Below, piece by piece: positions 1 through 10,030 of a stretch of DNA of 64,000 bases (position 1 is the first letter of the stretch; the number at the start of each line of letters is the position of its first letter). The notes beneath the pieces are model-generated. The model saw only the letters and a program-made list of their open reading frames with translations, did no database searches and was not told the origin of the DNA. Where the stretch lies: the NCBI GenBank assembly GCA_041649835.1, contig JBAZML010000003.1, positions 1,451 to 65,450 on the forward strand, in the 5' to 3' direction. The stretch comes from Candidatus Shapirobacteria bacterium (GTDB lineage Bacteria; Patescibacteriota; Microgenomatia; UBA12405). The translations under genes and the position numbers were made by a program.

Positions 1-297
1 GGATATTTCCAACCAACAGCATACCGTTTGCTATTAGTTATTTTTTCTTTCTTTCTTTTTATTTCATTTATTTTTCGAGTTCCGAAAAGTGATTTTAGAT
101 CTGATGATGTCTTTTTTTTAGTTTTTAATGTAGTTGTTTTAATTTTTATCTTTGAAAGAAACAATTTTATTTTAGAGATTTTTAATTCAATATTAAATTT
201 AATAAATTTGAGTTTTAGAAACTTAATTTTGGGGATTCGAACCTTAAACAGTAATTTAACTAATCTCAAAACAGGTCTACCGATTGCAATTAATAAA

Positions 298-2439
298 CTA
301 ATTATTTTTCTCATCTTTAGGACAATCTAAACAAATCCACTTGCCAGTTATATCTTGAACACTAGATCTATTTTGCCATTCTGCATTAGGATTATCTTCG
401 CCCTCTTTGATCATCTTATTAGTTGTTTTATCAATCAATATATTGTTTTGAAGTGGAGCACGAGTTGTGGGTACAAATTCTTTTTTAAATAATTCATTGT
501 GTGATTCACAACCTCCCTCCGGAGGTAACATCCCAGATAAATTACAAATATTCATTGTTAAAACTCCACTTGGTTTCGTAAAAGTTTTCACCGGTCTATT
601 TTCCAAAATTTTAGTCATAATCCGGTTCCAAATTGGAGCTGCTCCTGTTGTTCCGGAAACCAATCCACCCATCTTAGTGTTGTTGTTATTTCCTACCCAA
701 ACTGCAACCACAAATTCCGGAGTGTAACCAATTGTCCAGTTGTCTCTCATGTCATTGGTTGTCCCAGTTTTTACCGCTACCTCCGAATGCTTTTTTATAT
801 TCAACATTGAACCTCGACCAAAAACCATTCCTCTGGCTCCATCATCGGATAAAATATTGGCAATAATATACGATGTTTCAGGTGATAAAACTCTATCCCC
901 CGGAATATAACTATATTCTTCCAATACTTTTCCTTTTTTATCGGTGACCTTCAAAATCGAAACTAAATCTTGTTTAATTCCCATGTTAGAAAAAACTCCA
1001 AAGGCCGTAACCATATCAGTCATGTAAACTTCGCCACCACCCAATGTCAAAGATAATCCATAATCGCTGGAATTTTTGAAGGTACTAATTCCCATCGCCG
1101 AAGCGGATGCTACAAAAGTTTGAACCGTATTTAACGCCAACATTTTAACAGCTGGAATATTCAGTGAATTACCCAGTGAGTTTCTCAAACTTTGTATTCC
1201 ATGATAACTTCCACCATAATTTGTAGGACAGTACTGTCTTTGATTTTCAACTTTAAAACAAGTCGGATCATCGTCAAAAATTGATGCCGCAGTTGCTTTT
1301 CCTGTTTCAATACCTACAGCATAATTTAACGGTTTTATAGATGAACCTGGTTGTCTTAGAGCTGTCGTTACGTTGTATTTACCGTCAATTTCAGTATCAA
1401 AATAATCTCTTGAACCCACCATTGCCAAAATTTGTCCACTTTTACTTTCAGTAATTAGGGAAGCTCCATTGCTAACTTTTTGTTTTTTTAGTTTTTCAAT
1501 TTCTGTTGCTATTTGTTCTTGAGCAAAATTCTGAATGTCAGTATCCAGTGTTGTCCATACTTTTAATCCGCCCTCAGTTACCATCTGTGTTCCATATTTT
1601 TCCACCAGTTGTTCCTTAACATAAAATACAAAATGAGGAGCACTAATACTATTTTTATTAAGGTTATAACTTAACACTTCATTTTTGGCTGCTTCATATT
1701 CCTCCATACTAATATATTTCAATTCTTCCATTCTCTTTAACACCATCTCTTGTCTATTTTTTGCCGCATCCGGATGAGCAAAAGGGGAGTATCTGGTTGG
1801 TGATCCAGGTAATCCGGCAATTAGCGCTGCTTCTGCCAAGCTTAAATTTTTTACATCTTTATTAAAGATTCCCTTCGCTGCCGATTCTACTCCCCACATA
1901 GTTCCACCATAAGGTGTTTGATTAAAGTACATTTCCAAAATTTGATTTTTGTTATACAGCGCTTCGGTGGCAACAGTTAACACCGCCTCTTTTATTTTTC
2001 TTTCCCATGTTCTTTCCGGAGTTAATAGTGCATTTTTTACCAATTGTTGGGTTAAAGTTGAACCACCTTGGAGTCTGCCCTGAAAGATGGTTCTAAATAG
2101 ACCTCTGACTATTCCTCTTAAATCAAACCCAGAATGGTTGTAAAAATTATTATCTTCAATTGCCAAAGTAGCCTTAATCACTTTTTCGGGAACGTTTGAT
2201 AGAGAGACACTGGTTCTATTTTTGTCCGTATATATTTCATAAAGAAGTTTTCCATTTCGATCAAATATCTGTGAAGATTCGGGGTATTCACCAGAACTCA
2301 ATTTTTTTGGATTTGGCATGTCCTTAAACAGGTTATAACCCAAAAAACCCAAGAGAACTATTCCGCCAATCAGTGCTATCTTTTTCCACTTACTCTTTTT
2401 GAGTCGCTTCTTCTTTTCTTTGTTCTTCTTTAAAGTCAT
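298..2439 (-). CDS. Class A penicillin-binding protein (bifunctional transglycosylase/transpeptidase, PBP1A-like)
   Basis: N-terminal TM anchor. GT51 motif EDNNFYNHSGFD. Transpeptidase motifs SIKP (SxxK) and KTGTT. 713 aa. Confidence 0.9.
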   Translation of the reverse strand: MTLKKNKEKKKRLKKSKWKKIALIGGIVLLGFLGYNLFKDMPNPKKLSSGEYPESSQIFDRNGKLLYEIYTDKNRTSVSLSNVPEKVIKATLAIEDNNFYNHSGFDLRGIVRGLFRTIFQGRLQGGSTLTQQLVKNALLTPERTWERKIKEAVLTVATEALYNKNQILEMYFNQTPYGGTMWGVESAAKGIFNKDVKNLSLAEAALIAGLPGSPTRYSPFAHPDAAKNRQEMVLKRMEELKYISMEEYEAAKNEVLSYNLNKNSISAPHFVFYVKEQLVEKYGTQMVTEGGLKVWTTLDTDIQNFAQEQIATEIEKLKKQKVSNGASLITESKSGQILAMVGSRDYFDTEIDGKYNVTTALRQPGSSIKPLNYAVGIETGKATAASIFDDDPTCFKVENQRQYCPTNYGGSYHGIQSLRNSLGNSLNIPAVKMLALNTVQTFVASASAMGISTFKNSSDYGLSLTLGGGEVYMTDMVTAFGVFSNMGIKQDLVSILKVTDKKGKVLEEYSYIPGDRVLSPETSYIIANILSDDGARGMVFGRGSMLNIKKHSEVAVKTGTTNDMRDNWTIGYTPEFVVAVWVGNNNNTKMGGLVSGTTGAAPIWNRIMTKILENRPVKTFTKPSGVLTMNICNLSGMLPPEGGCESHNELFKKEFVPTTRAPLQNNILIDKTTNKMIKEGEDNPNAEWQNRSSVQDITGKWICLDCPKDEKNN

Positions 2440-2995
2440 CTATATTTTGTTGTAATAAGTTATATTTTTGTTTATCGCCGATAATTTGTTGGCCTATTTC
2501 TCTAATAATTCCACTATAAGCCATTGTTGTGTCCCAAACTTGGACAGTTAATTGTTTTTGGGCAATGGGTTGTAGTGTTATGTTGTTTATCAACCCGTTG
2601 GCATATTTTAGTTTATTTATTGCCTCAGCGCCAGTTTTTAGTGCTAAATCATGTTTTCCCCGTTTTGCTAGAGCTAAGGCTTCGGCAATTCTTTTATCAG
2701 CCAGAATCAATAGTATCTTCGCTTTTTTCTCATCACTCGGGCTGAACTTTAACCACAACCAATCCCGGCTTTCTTTTATTCCGTAAAAAATATTATTTGG
2801 CAGCATATTTGTTTGAGGTAGTTTGTAAATAATTTTGTCTTGGACAATTACTGGAACTACCCTCAATCTACCTTCGTTTTCATCTCTAACCATTACTTCT
2901 AGTGTCGCTCTGGATACCGAAACCATCAAAATGCCGGTTGCAGTCAAAACCGTTACTAAAATTAAGATTATTTTTTTTATATTCGTATCAACCAT
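2390..2995 (-). CDS. Hypothetical membrane-anchored protein
   Basis: 201-aa ORF with an N-terminal TM helix. 3' end overlaps the PBP start by about 50 nt. No recognisable domain. Confidence 0.35.
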   Translation of the reverse strand: MVDTNIKKIILILVTVLTATGILMVSVSRATLEVMVRDENEGRLRVVPVIVQDKIIYKLPQTNMLPNNIFYGIKESRDWLWLKFSPSDEKKAKILLILADKRIAEALALAKRGKHDLALKTGAEAINKLKYANGLINNITLQPIAQKQLTVQVWDTTMAYSGIIREIGQQIIGDKQKYNLLQQNIDDFKEEQRKEEATQKE

Positions 2996-3001
2996 TGTAC
3001 C

Positions 3002-3775
3002 TTAATTGTTTTTATGAAAAAAAGCTTGCCCGCTTCGAATATTCTTTAAATCGTTCCCAGTTTTGCTCCACATATAGGCATATTGTCCCCAAAATAAAAT
3101 ATTATTAACGATTTTTTTCACAAAATTATTTTTTTTATTTTTTCTTCTATTTACCTCCTTATCCACTTCTCTACTTATTTTTATTCTTTCTTTATATCCA
3201 GTTGCCAAAAATTTTTTTACCCATTGGTTTTTTCCAAGAAATTTCACATAACTCCCATCTTTATCCCAAATTACTTTCATCATAATTAAATCGGTGGCAT
3301 TTTTTAAGTTTTGTTTACTTCGAGGAATCTCTAAGTTTGCCGTATCTAACCATAGATTAAAACAATATTCGTCACTCTTTTCCTTTTCTCCAAACTTTCG
3401 ATGAGGTATACCGTGACACCATACGTAAAACCTCAAGTAGAGTCTCCACCACCATAATTCGGCTTCATCAGTAATTATTAACAAATCAATATCTTCATTT
3501 TTTTTAGCCGCTTCAGCTGCCACCGTGCCAGTTATTCCCACCATCTTTATTCCTTTCATTTTTGACAAATGTTTGACAACCAAATCAGTCGCTAAAAGAA
3601 CTTTTTGTTGCCACACCTTATTTGATACTCCAATCTTTTTTTGTCCTAAAAAGTCACTGTACCGATATTTTTTGGGGCTTATTAGTCTTAAAAACAGTTG
3701 ATCATTATTTAAAATTTGCCCATATTTACCTGCATATTTTTTTGTCAACTTTATTGCTTTTTGAAGTCCGTCCAT
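3002..3775 (-). CDS. Nucleotidyltransferase-domain protein (Pol-beta-like NTase fold)
   Basis: Motif GITGTVAAE..EDIDLLIITD, i.e. G[ST] followed by DxD, typical of minimal nucleotidyltransferases. Confidence 0.5.
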   Translation of the reverse strand: MDGLQKAIKLTKKYAGKYGQILNNDQLFLRLISPKKYRYSDFLGQKKIGVSNKVWQQKVLLATDLVVKHLSKMKGIKMVGITGTVAAEAAKKNEDIDLLIITDEAELWWWRLYLRFYVWCHGIPHRKFGEKEKSDEYCFNLWLDTANLEIPRSKQNLKNATDLIMMKVIWDKDGSYVKFLGKNQWVKKFLATGYKERIKISREVDKEVNRRKNKKNNFVKKIVNNILFWGQYAYMWSKTGNDLKNIRSGQAFFHKNN

Positions 3776-3818
3776 TAACGTATTTTACCCTCTTCTTGCT
3801 ATAATACCTAAGTTTCAA

Positions 3819-5324
3819 ATGAATAAAAATACCAAGAGATACCGTTTTTATGAGATGATTCCCGGTATTTTTGCCTGGTTTGTAATTATCTTCCCCATCT
3901 GGGGATCTATTTTGGTTCCAAAATTGGTTGCTTACTTTGTTTTAGCCTTTTTAGTTTATTGGTTATATCAATCATTCAAATCGGCAATCTTAGCCATAAT
4001 TGGTTATTTTAAAATCCAAAATTCTAAAAATACTAATTGGTTAGAGAAATTCAATGACGATTTTAGGGCTTCTTGGCTTCATTATCGTGATATCAACCAT
4101 GTCATTATTATTTCTTCCTATAAAGAACCAACCGATGTTATCGAAATGGCTTTTACTAGTTTAGCTTCTCAGGTTGACATTGATCTAAAAAAAATTCATG
4201 TTATTTTGGCTCAGGAAGCCCGAGCGGGTGAAATCAACAATCAGGGGACTATCAACTATTTTCAAAAAAAATATTCACAGATTTTTGGTTCTCTAATTTT
4301 TACCGAACATCCCAGTAATCTTCCTGGTGAAATTGCCGGTAAGCATACCAACGAAGCCTGGGCAGCCAGACATTTTAAAAAATATTTTATTGATAAAAAG
4401 AAATATAAAATAGAAAATTTGACCCTGACATCCTGTGATGTCGATACTATTTTTAATCCAAAGTATTTTTCGGCTCTGACCTACAATTTTGCAGCTTCCC
4501 CCGATAGATATTTCAAATTTTGGCAATCACCAATTTTTTGGCATCATAATATCAATAGTGTTCCGGCTCCAATCAGAATTATTGGTGTTATGGGTAATGC
4601 TATTCATATTGCTAATATTCAAGAACCGGACGGTTTATTTTTTAATTATTCCTGTTATTCATCATCCTTTAAGCTAATCGACTCTGCTGGTTATTGGGAT
4701 CCAGATATGATTCCGGAAGATTGGCATATTTTTTTGCAAACTTTTTTTGTCACTGGAGGCAAAACTTCGGTTTCTCCAATATTTTTACCGACAATTGTTG
4801 ATGCACCAGATGGAAAAAATTATTTTGCAGCCTTAAAAAATCGATATAATCAATGCGTCCGTCATGCTTGGGGTGCCATCGATATCCCTTATGCAATTGA
4901 ACAATCACGTCTTCATCCGGAAATCCCTCGGCTTACTCGTGTCCTTCGGGTCTATAAATTAATTCAAACTCATTTTATCTGGTCGAGCAATTGGTTCATT
5001 TTAACCCTTGGTACTTCACTTCCGGTTGCCTTGAATCCTCATTTTTTTAATACCACTTTCGGTTATAATTTACCGCGTATTTCCAATATAATTTTGACAA
5101 TTTGTCTTCTTCCCATGACGGTGCTTATTGTTCTTGACTGGAAACTTCGTCCTCCATATCAGAAAGGTTTTTGGAATTTTATTAAAAACATTATTCAGTG
5201 GCCTCTCATGCCCTTGGCTACTTTGGCTATGTCAGTTTTACCCGGACTTCACTCTCATACCAGACTATTATTTGGTAAACGTCTCGAATATAAAACCACC
5301 GAAAAGGGTTCTGGTGTAAAATAA
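3819..5324 (+). CDS. Membrane glycosyltransferase, GT2-like
   Basis: N- and C-terminal TM segments flank a cytoplasmic domain. IISSYKEP matches the GT2 N-terminal YNE-like motif. CDVDT is a DxD-like motif. Confidence 0.5.
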   Translation: MNKNTKRYRFYEMIPGIFAWFVIIFPIWGSILVPKLVAYFVLAFLVYWLYQSFKSAILAIIGYFKIQNSKNTNWLEKFNDDFRASWLHYRDINHVIIISSYKEPTDVIEMAFTSLASQVDIDLKKIHVILAQEARAGEINNQGTINYFQKKYSQIFGSLIFTEHPSNLPGEIAGKHTNEAWAARHFKKYFIDKKKYKIENLTLTSCDVDTIFNPKYFSALTYNFAASPDRYFKFWQSPIFWHHNINSVPAPIRIIGVMGNAIHIANIQEPDGLFFNYSCYSSSFKLIDSAGYWDPDMIPEDWHIFLQTFFVTGGKTSVSPIFLPTIVDAPDGKNYFAALKNRYNQCVRHAWGAIDIPYAIEQSRLHPEIPRLTRVLRVYKLIQTHFIWSSNWFILTLGTSLPVALNPHFFNTTFGYNLPRISNIILTICLLPMTVLIVLDWKLRPPYQKGFWNFIKNIIQWPLMPLATLAMSVLPGLHSHTRLLFGKRLEYKTTEKGSGVK

Positions 5325-5331
5325 AAATAAT

Positions 5332-6720
5332 ATGTTATACACCATATTGTTTTTGTTCCTCCGTCTTCCCTCATTATTTGAGCCCTACTGGTACGGAGAC
5401 GAGGGCATCTATCTAACTTTAGGCCAGGGGATACGTCGCGGACTTTTGCTATTTCAACAGATTCATGACAACAAACCTCCTACCCTTTATTATCTAGCTG
5501 CTTTTTCTCGAACTGTTTTTGGATTCCGTTTTTTGCTTTTTCTCCTTATGATTCCGACAATATATTTTTTCAATCGTTTAGCCAAAAAATTTCTTAGCGT
5601 TCGTCAAGCCAAATTTTCTACTCTGGTTTTTTTAATTCTCACGTCAATTCCTTTTATTGAGGGGAATATAGCTAATGCTGAAGTTTTTATGTTACTACCA
5701 ACAATTTTGGCAGTTTTAATTTTTCTAAATTCCGATAAAAAATATTCCTTAGTTACTGCCGGTCTCCTATTAGGTCTTGCCTTTACCATTAAAGTTCCGG
5801 TTGCTATTGAATTCATCTTCCTTTGTTTGTGGATATTTATCTTTAGTAAGAATAAATTTAAAAAACTTTTAATTTTTATTTCTGCTTTTTTTGTACCCAT
5901 TCTGATGTATCTTGCTTATTTTGCCATCCGCGGAGCTCTTCAACCCTTTTTGTTTGCCGCTTTGCTTCAGAATTTCGGTTATTTATCTTCCTGGTCTACC
6001 GGTTCTCATCAATCGTCTGTCGCTTCGGGAGGGTTATTTGGACGGGGAATTGTTTTATTAATTTGTTGGGTATTATCCTATTTTCTCTATCAAAGAAAAA
6101 AAATATCCAAGAATTTATTATTTCTTTCGGTTTGGTTTTTTGCCGCTCTTTTTGGTGCTCTGCTCTCGGGTCGTCCCTATCCTCATTATCTGATAGAAAT
6201 TTTACCTCCTCTCTGTCTCATTATTTTTTATTTTTATAAAGCCAGATATTGGGTGGCTTTTATGACGGCCTTCTTGGTTTATAACCTTTTTCAGTATAAG
6301 TTTTATTTTTATCCGGTGTTTTCATATTATGGAAATTTTTATTCCTATGCCATTGGTCTTAAAAAGGTCGATAAATATCGGCAGTATTTTGGAGAACAAA
6401 CAACTCAGATTTATCAAATTGCGGACAAAGTAAAGTCACTAACCACTCCAGCCAATCGTATATATGTTTGGGGTGACCAGTCTACACTATATCCTTTGAG
6501 CGATCGTTTACCTTCCACTAAATATATCGTTTCTTATCACGTGGTTGACTTTAATGCCTATGATTTAACTATGTCCCAACTAAAAGTTGTGACTCCTAAA
6601 ATTATTGTTTATTATCCACAAAATGATCGTCCTTTTCCAGCTTTGGATACCTTCATTTCCGATTATTATTCTTTGATTGATCAGGTGGGCTCAGCTTATA
6701 TCTTTCAATTACGTCAGTAA
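5332..6720 (+). CDS. GT-C family glycosyltransferase (ArnT/PMT-like, GT39/GT83 type)
   Basis: Polytopic membrane protein. First-loop motif EPYWYGDEGIY is characteristic of ArnT/PMT GT-C enzymes. Confidence 0.65.
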   Translation: MLYTILFLFLRLPSLFEPYWYGDEGIYLTLGQGIRRGLLLFQQIHDNKPPTLYYLAAFSRTVFGFRFLLFLLMIPTIYFFNRLAKKFLSVRQAKFSTLVFLILTSIPFIEGNIANAEVFMLLPTILAVLIFLNSDKKYSLVTAGLLLGLAFTIKVPVAIEFIFLCLWIFIFSKNKFKKLLIFISAFFVPILMYLAYFAIRGALQPFLFAALLQNFGYLSSWSTGSHQSSVASGGLFGRGIVLLICWVLSYFLYQRKKISKNLLFLSVWFFAALFGALLSGRPYPHYLIEILPPLCLIIFYFYKARYWVAFMTAFLVYNLFQYKFYFYPVFSYYGNFYSYAIGLKKVDKYRQYFGEQTTQIYQIADKVKSLTTPANRIYVWGDQSTLYPLSDRLPSTKYIVSYHVVDFNAYDLTMSQLKVVTPKIIVYYPQNDRPFPALDTFISDYYSLIDQVGSAYIFQLRQ

Positions 6721-6726
6721 CAATTT

Positions 6727-7098
6727 ATGAATGTTGTTTCTTCATTTTTTGGAAATTTGGGGAAATTCTGGCAAAAAACTCTCAACTCCCGTTTACTGAG
6801 GCTTTGTGTTGTTCTGTTAATTGCCCAAATTGTTTTAATCATCTGGTTTTATAATCAACTTCCTCCGGAGATACCACTATATTTTTCTCGTCCTTGGGGA
6901 GAATCTTGGTTGGCCCCATCTTCTATGATTTTTATATTACCTCTGCTTTCATTAATAGTTTTATTAACCAATTATTTTTTAGCTATTTTTTATCATCAAA
7001 GAAAATTATTACTTGCTCAACTACTGGTAATCTTTGCCTTTATTATTTCACTTTTCTCCACCGTCTCCGTCTTAAAAATTATTAGTCTGGTTATCTAA
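6727..7098 (+). CDS. Small polytopic membrane protein, hypothetical
   Basis: 123 aa with 3-4 predicted TM helices. Sits between the GT-C gene and the MraY/WecA-family gene with no spacer. Confidence 0.35.
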   Translation: MNVVSSFFGNLGKFWQKTLNSRLLRLCVVLLIAQIVLIIWFYNQLPPEIPLYFSRPWGESWLAPSSMIFILPLLSLIVLLTNYFLAIFYHQRKLLLAQLLVIFAFIISLFSTVSVLKIISLVI

Positions 7099-8153
7099 TG
7101 TCCCCTCAATTATTACTTGTTTTACCATGTTCAGTTTTTATATCGTATTTCGTCACTCCACTTATTGTCCGTTTTTTTAAATTTCATAATTGGGTCGAGG
7201 ACCCAATTCATAAGCAAAATAAAAGTGGCAATGCCACCGCGAAAGCCATTGTTCCCCGAGGCGGTGGTTTATCTATTTTTATAAGTGTTTTTCTCACTTC
7301 ATTGATATTTTTGCCCCTCGACAAACATTTATTAGGAATACTTTTAGCGTCACTATTTGCCTTGGTTATTGGTTTGTTAGATGATGTTAAAGATATCAGT
7401 CCAACCTTTAGACTTCTTACCAATGTCATGACGGCTCTTATTGTAGTCGCTTCCGGAATTGGTATTGCTTATCTCTCAAATCCTTTTGGTGGAGTTATCA
7501 ATTTATCTCAACCCCAAATTCATTTTTCTTTTCTAGGAAACCATTCTATTTGGGTCTTGGCGGATATTCTGGCTGTTTTTTGGATAGTTTGGTGTATGAA
7601 TTTTGTCGGTTGGGCTTCCGGAGTTGAAGGTCAATTACCCGGTTTTGTTTCCATTTCGGCTATTTTTATCGGTATTTTAGCTTTAAAATATTCCGGCGAT
7701 ACCACTCAATGGCCGGTAATTGTTTTAGCCTTTGCTGTTGCGGGCGCTTATTTGGGCTTTTTACCCTGGAATTTTTACCCACAAAAAATAATGCCCGGTT
7801 ATAGTGGTAAAAGTTTAGCCGGTCTTCTTTTAGCTATACTATCAATTCTTTCTGGGGCAAAGTTAGCCACCCTAATCTTTCTTTTAGGTATTCCCATGCT
7901 CGATGCCATATTTGTTTTACTTTTTCGTCTCTATCATCATAAATCTCCTTTTAAATCAGATAATAATCATTTACACCATCAACTTTTAAAATTGGGATGG
8001 GGACGTCGTCGCATTTCTGTTTTTTATTGGTCTTTGAGTCTGATGTTGGGGATAATTTCGTTATTTCTAAATAGTCAGCAAAAATTTTACGTTTTTATTG
8101 GATTAGCCATAGTCTTTTTTGGTGTCACCCTGAAATTTTTTCGGCGTATTTAG
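7098..8153 (+). CDS. Polyprenol-phosphate sugar-1-phosphate transferase (MraY/WecA family)
   Basis: Polytopic. Conserved GLLDDVKDISP (DDxxD) cytoplasmic-loop motif of the MraY/WecA/WbpL family. Confidence 0.75.
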   Translation: MSPQLLLVLPCSVFISYFVTPLIVRFFKFHNWVEDPIHKQNKSGNATAKAIVPRGGGLSIFISVFLTSLIFLPLDKHLLGILLASLFALVIGLLDDVKDISPTFRLLTNVMTALIVVASGIGIAYLSNPFGGVINLSQPQIHFSFLGNHSIWVLADILAVFWIVWCMNFVGWASGVEGQLPGFVSISAIFIGILALKYSGDTTQWPVIVLAFAVAGAYLGFLPWNFYPQKIMPGYSGKSLAGLLLAILSILSGAKLATLIFLLGIPMLDAIFVLLFRLYHHKSPFKSDNNHLHHQLLKLGWGRRRISVFYWSLSLMLGIISLFLNSQQKFYVFIGLAIVFFGVTLKFFRRI

Positions 8154-8919
8154 TTGACACCCAGCCATTTTTACCGCCAAATTTTATTTGATACCAACCG
8201 TTATTTTCACTAATTAATTCATATACATCACCAGGTTTAGCCTTACCTATTTCTATTCCGTTGTTGTTGGCTGCATCACGAATTCTAAGCCATCCGGTTT
8301 CAGTTTCTTTTATCCGTATTTTAGGTCCTAAAATACTCGTAGGTATCGGAGTAATTGTCACACCAGTGTCCGCTCGGACTTCTTTTTCTAGCTTTGCATC
8401 AACAATTAGTTGGTAACCTTTAACCACTTTAATAATCAAATTAATAGTCTTATACCCCGGATAATTAATTGACAATTTCTTATCACCATCCTCCACACTT
8501 TCAATTTTTGATGGACTGTTATTTCTTGCCTCTCCATCAAGATAAATCATTGCCCCATCAGGGTTTGAATTGACCAAGATACTACCATTTCCTCCAGTTT
8601 TTTCCATCGACAATATGTAACCCGTGTTTCGATTGTCATCAAAGTTCCAATTGATCACCGAAGTAACATTGTTTTCAAGTTTTATTTTTCTTTCCCAAAA
8701 ATTACCCTTGTTATCATCAAGCTTCAGATAAATATCACCTGGTTTAAGGGTATTATTTTTATAGGGAGTTGTTCCACTTTCTTTACCGTTAATGTATACT
8801 TTGGCAATGGGTTTAGATGTAATTTCCACACCTGATTTATCAATTCCACAACCTCCAAAAAGTAGACTACAGAAAAACGCTGTCATGATAAAACTGATAT
8901 TTTTTTTCTTTATAATCAT
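8125..8919 (-). CDS. Lipoprotein with PEGA-like and bacterial SH3 (SH3b) domains
   Basis: Likely start at MIIKKK. Lipobox LFGGC. C-terminal GWYQIKFGGKNGWVSTKY resembles SH3b. The ORF continues upstream to 9045, but the earlier start has no signal peptide. Confidence 0.5.
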   Translation of the reverse strand: MIIKKKNISFIMTAFFCSLLFGGCGIDKSGVEITSKPIAKVYINGKESGTTPYKNNTLKPGDIYLKLDDNKGNFWERKIKLENNVTSVINWNFDDNRNTGYILSMEKTGGNGSILVNSNPDGAMIYLDGEARNNSPSKIESVEDGDKKLSINYPGYKTINLIIKVVKGYQLIVDAKLEKEVRADTGVTITPIPTSILGPKIRIKETETGWLRIRDAANNNGIEIGKAKPGDVYELISENNGWYQIKFGGKNGWVSTKYAEKISG

Positions 8920-9832
8920 TTCCTTTCCCCTATTATATTTTATTTTCTCCCCAAAAGCCTTTTTATCTCCCTTCGTCTCGATGGAACCTACAAGCGAAGT
9001 CGGATTGATACCAACCACCATTCCCACTCCCACATCAATTCCCACCGTCTCTCTGGGATTAGTTGGTGACCTGGGTTTAGGTCGTTTTATTACTTCAACG
9101 TCAAGAAAAAAAGGTGATTTTTCTTGGTCTTTTCAAAAAATATCTCCCTGGTTAATTTCTCATGACTTTAATATTGCCAATCTGGAGAGTCCTATTATTG
9201 AAGACTGTCCTGAAGGAAAAACTGGCACCTTTACTTTTTGTGGTGACACTCAATTTTTACCTTATTTAAAATCCAATAAACTAGTTTTAAATTTAGCTAA
9301 CAATCATATTTTAAATTATGGTGTCGACGGTTTAACCCAAACCAGAAATTATTTATCTCAAAACAACATTATATTTTTTCCTGATTTTGCTACAAAAACA
9401 ATCAATGGAATTACTTTTGGATTTTTAGGTTACGACTTTATTACTTATCCAAAACTTCCCCAAGAAACATTAATAAGCGATATCAATAAGTATGATTCTA
9501 CCGTCGACTGGTTGGTTGTTTCCATTCACTGGGGAAACGAATATCTGCCTGCCGCCGAAACCTGGCGAGTAAATTTAGCCCACCAGTTAGTAGATGCCGG
9601 TGCTGATATTATTCACGGTCATCATCCCCATGTTTGGCAATCATACGAAGTTTATCAGGACAAACCCATTTTCTATTCTTTTGGTAATTTTATTTTTGAT
9701 CAATCCTGGTCCTATGAAACTTCCCATTCTCAAATAGGGGAGCTGACCCTTTCCAAAACCAAAATGGAAAATTTAAAACTGTATCCTATCGAAATCAAGT
9801 TCAACACTCAACCGGGGCTTATGGAACCCTAA
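8885..9832 (+). CDS. CapA/PgsA-family metallophosphoesterase (poly-gamma-glutamate synthesis-like)
   Basis: N-terminal TM anchor. Motifs VSIHWGNEY and GADIIHGHHPHV..FYSFGNFIFDQ typical of the CapA family. Start is uncertain: 8885 (with TM) or 8981. Confidence 0.7.
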   Translation: MIKLIFFFFIIISFPLLYFIFSPKAFLSPFVSMEPTSEVGLIPTTIPTPTSIPTVSLGLVGDLGLGRFITSTSRKKGDFSWSFQKISPWLISHDFNIANLESPIIEDCPEGKTGTFTFCGDTQFLPYLKSNKLVLNLANNHILNYGVDGLTQTRNYLSQNNIIFFPDFATKTINGITFGFLGYDFITYPKLPQETLISDINKYDSTVDWLVVSIHWGNEYLPAAETWRVNLAHQLVDAGADIIHGHHPHVWQSYEVYQDKPIFYSFGNFIFDQSWSYETSHSQIGELTLSKTKMENLKLYPIEIKFNTQPGLMEP

Positions 9833-10030
9833 AGACACTTTGGCTGGTATTGGCCCTTACTATTCAATTCTAAAATTCCGCTCCAAGTAAAAAATTTATC
9901 AGTCAATGGTCGAATTCGAAGACTTTGGCACAATAATTGCTGTTTCATTTGTGCTTGACTGTTTACCACTAAAAATGCCGTTAAAGTAACCAAGATCACT
10001 ACTATTCCTGACCAAATATAAATATCTTTT

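Noticed and set aside
28-330. 100-aa plus-strand ORF at the window start
   Set aside because: Low-complexity, Phe/Ile/Asn-rich translation of AT-rich DNA lying antisense to the PBP 3' end and downstream region. No start context and no domain. Treated as spurious.
467-2786. Several 60-100-aa ORFs antisense to the PBP and the 201-aa gene (467-727, 2524-2745, 2529-2786)
   Set aside because: Fully embedded antisense in well-supported longer CDSs. Composition typical of shadow ORFs.
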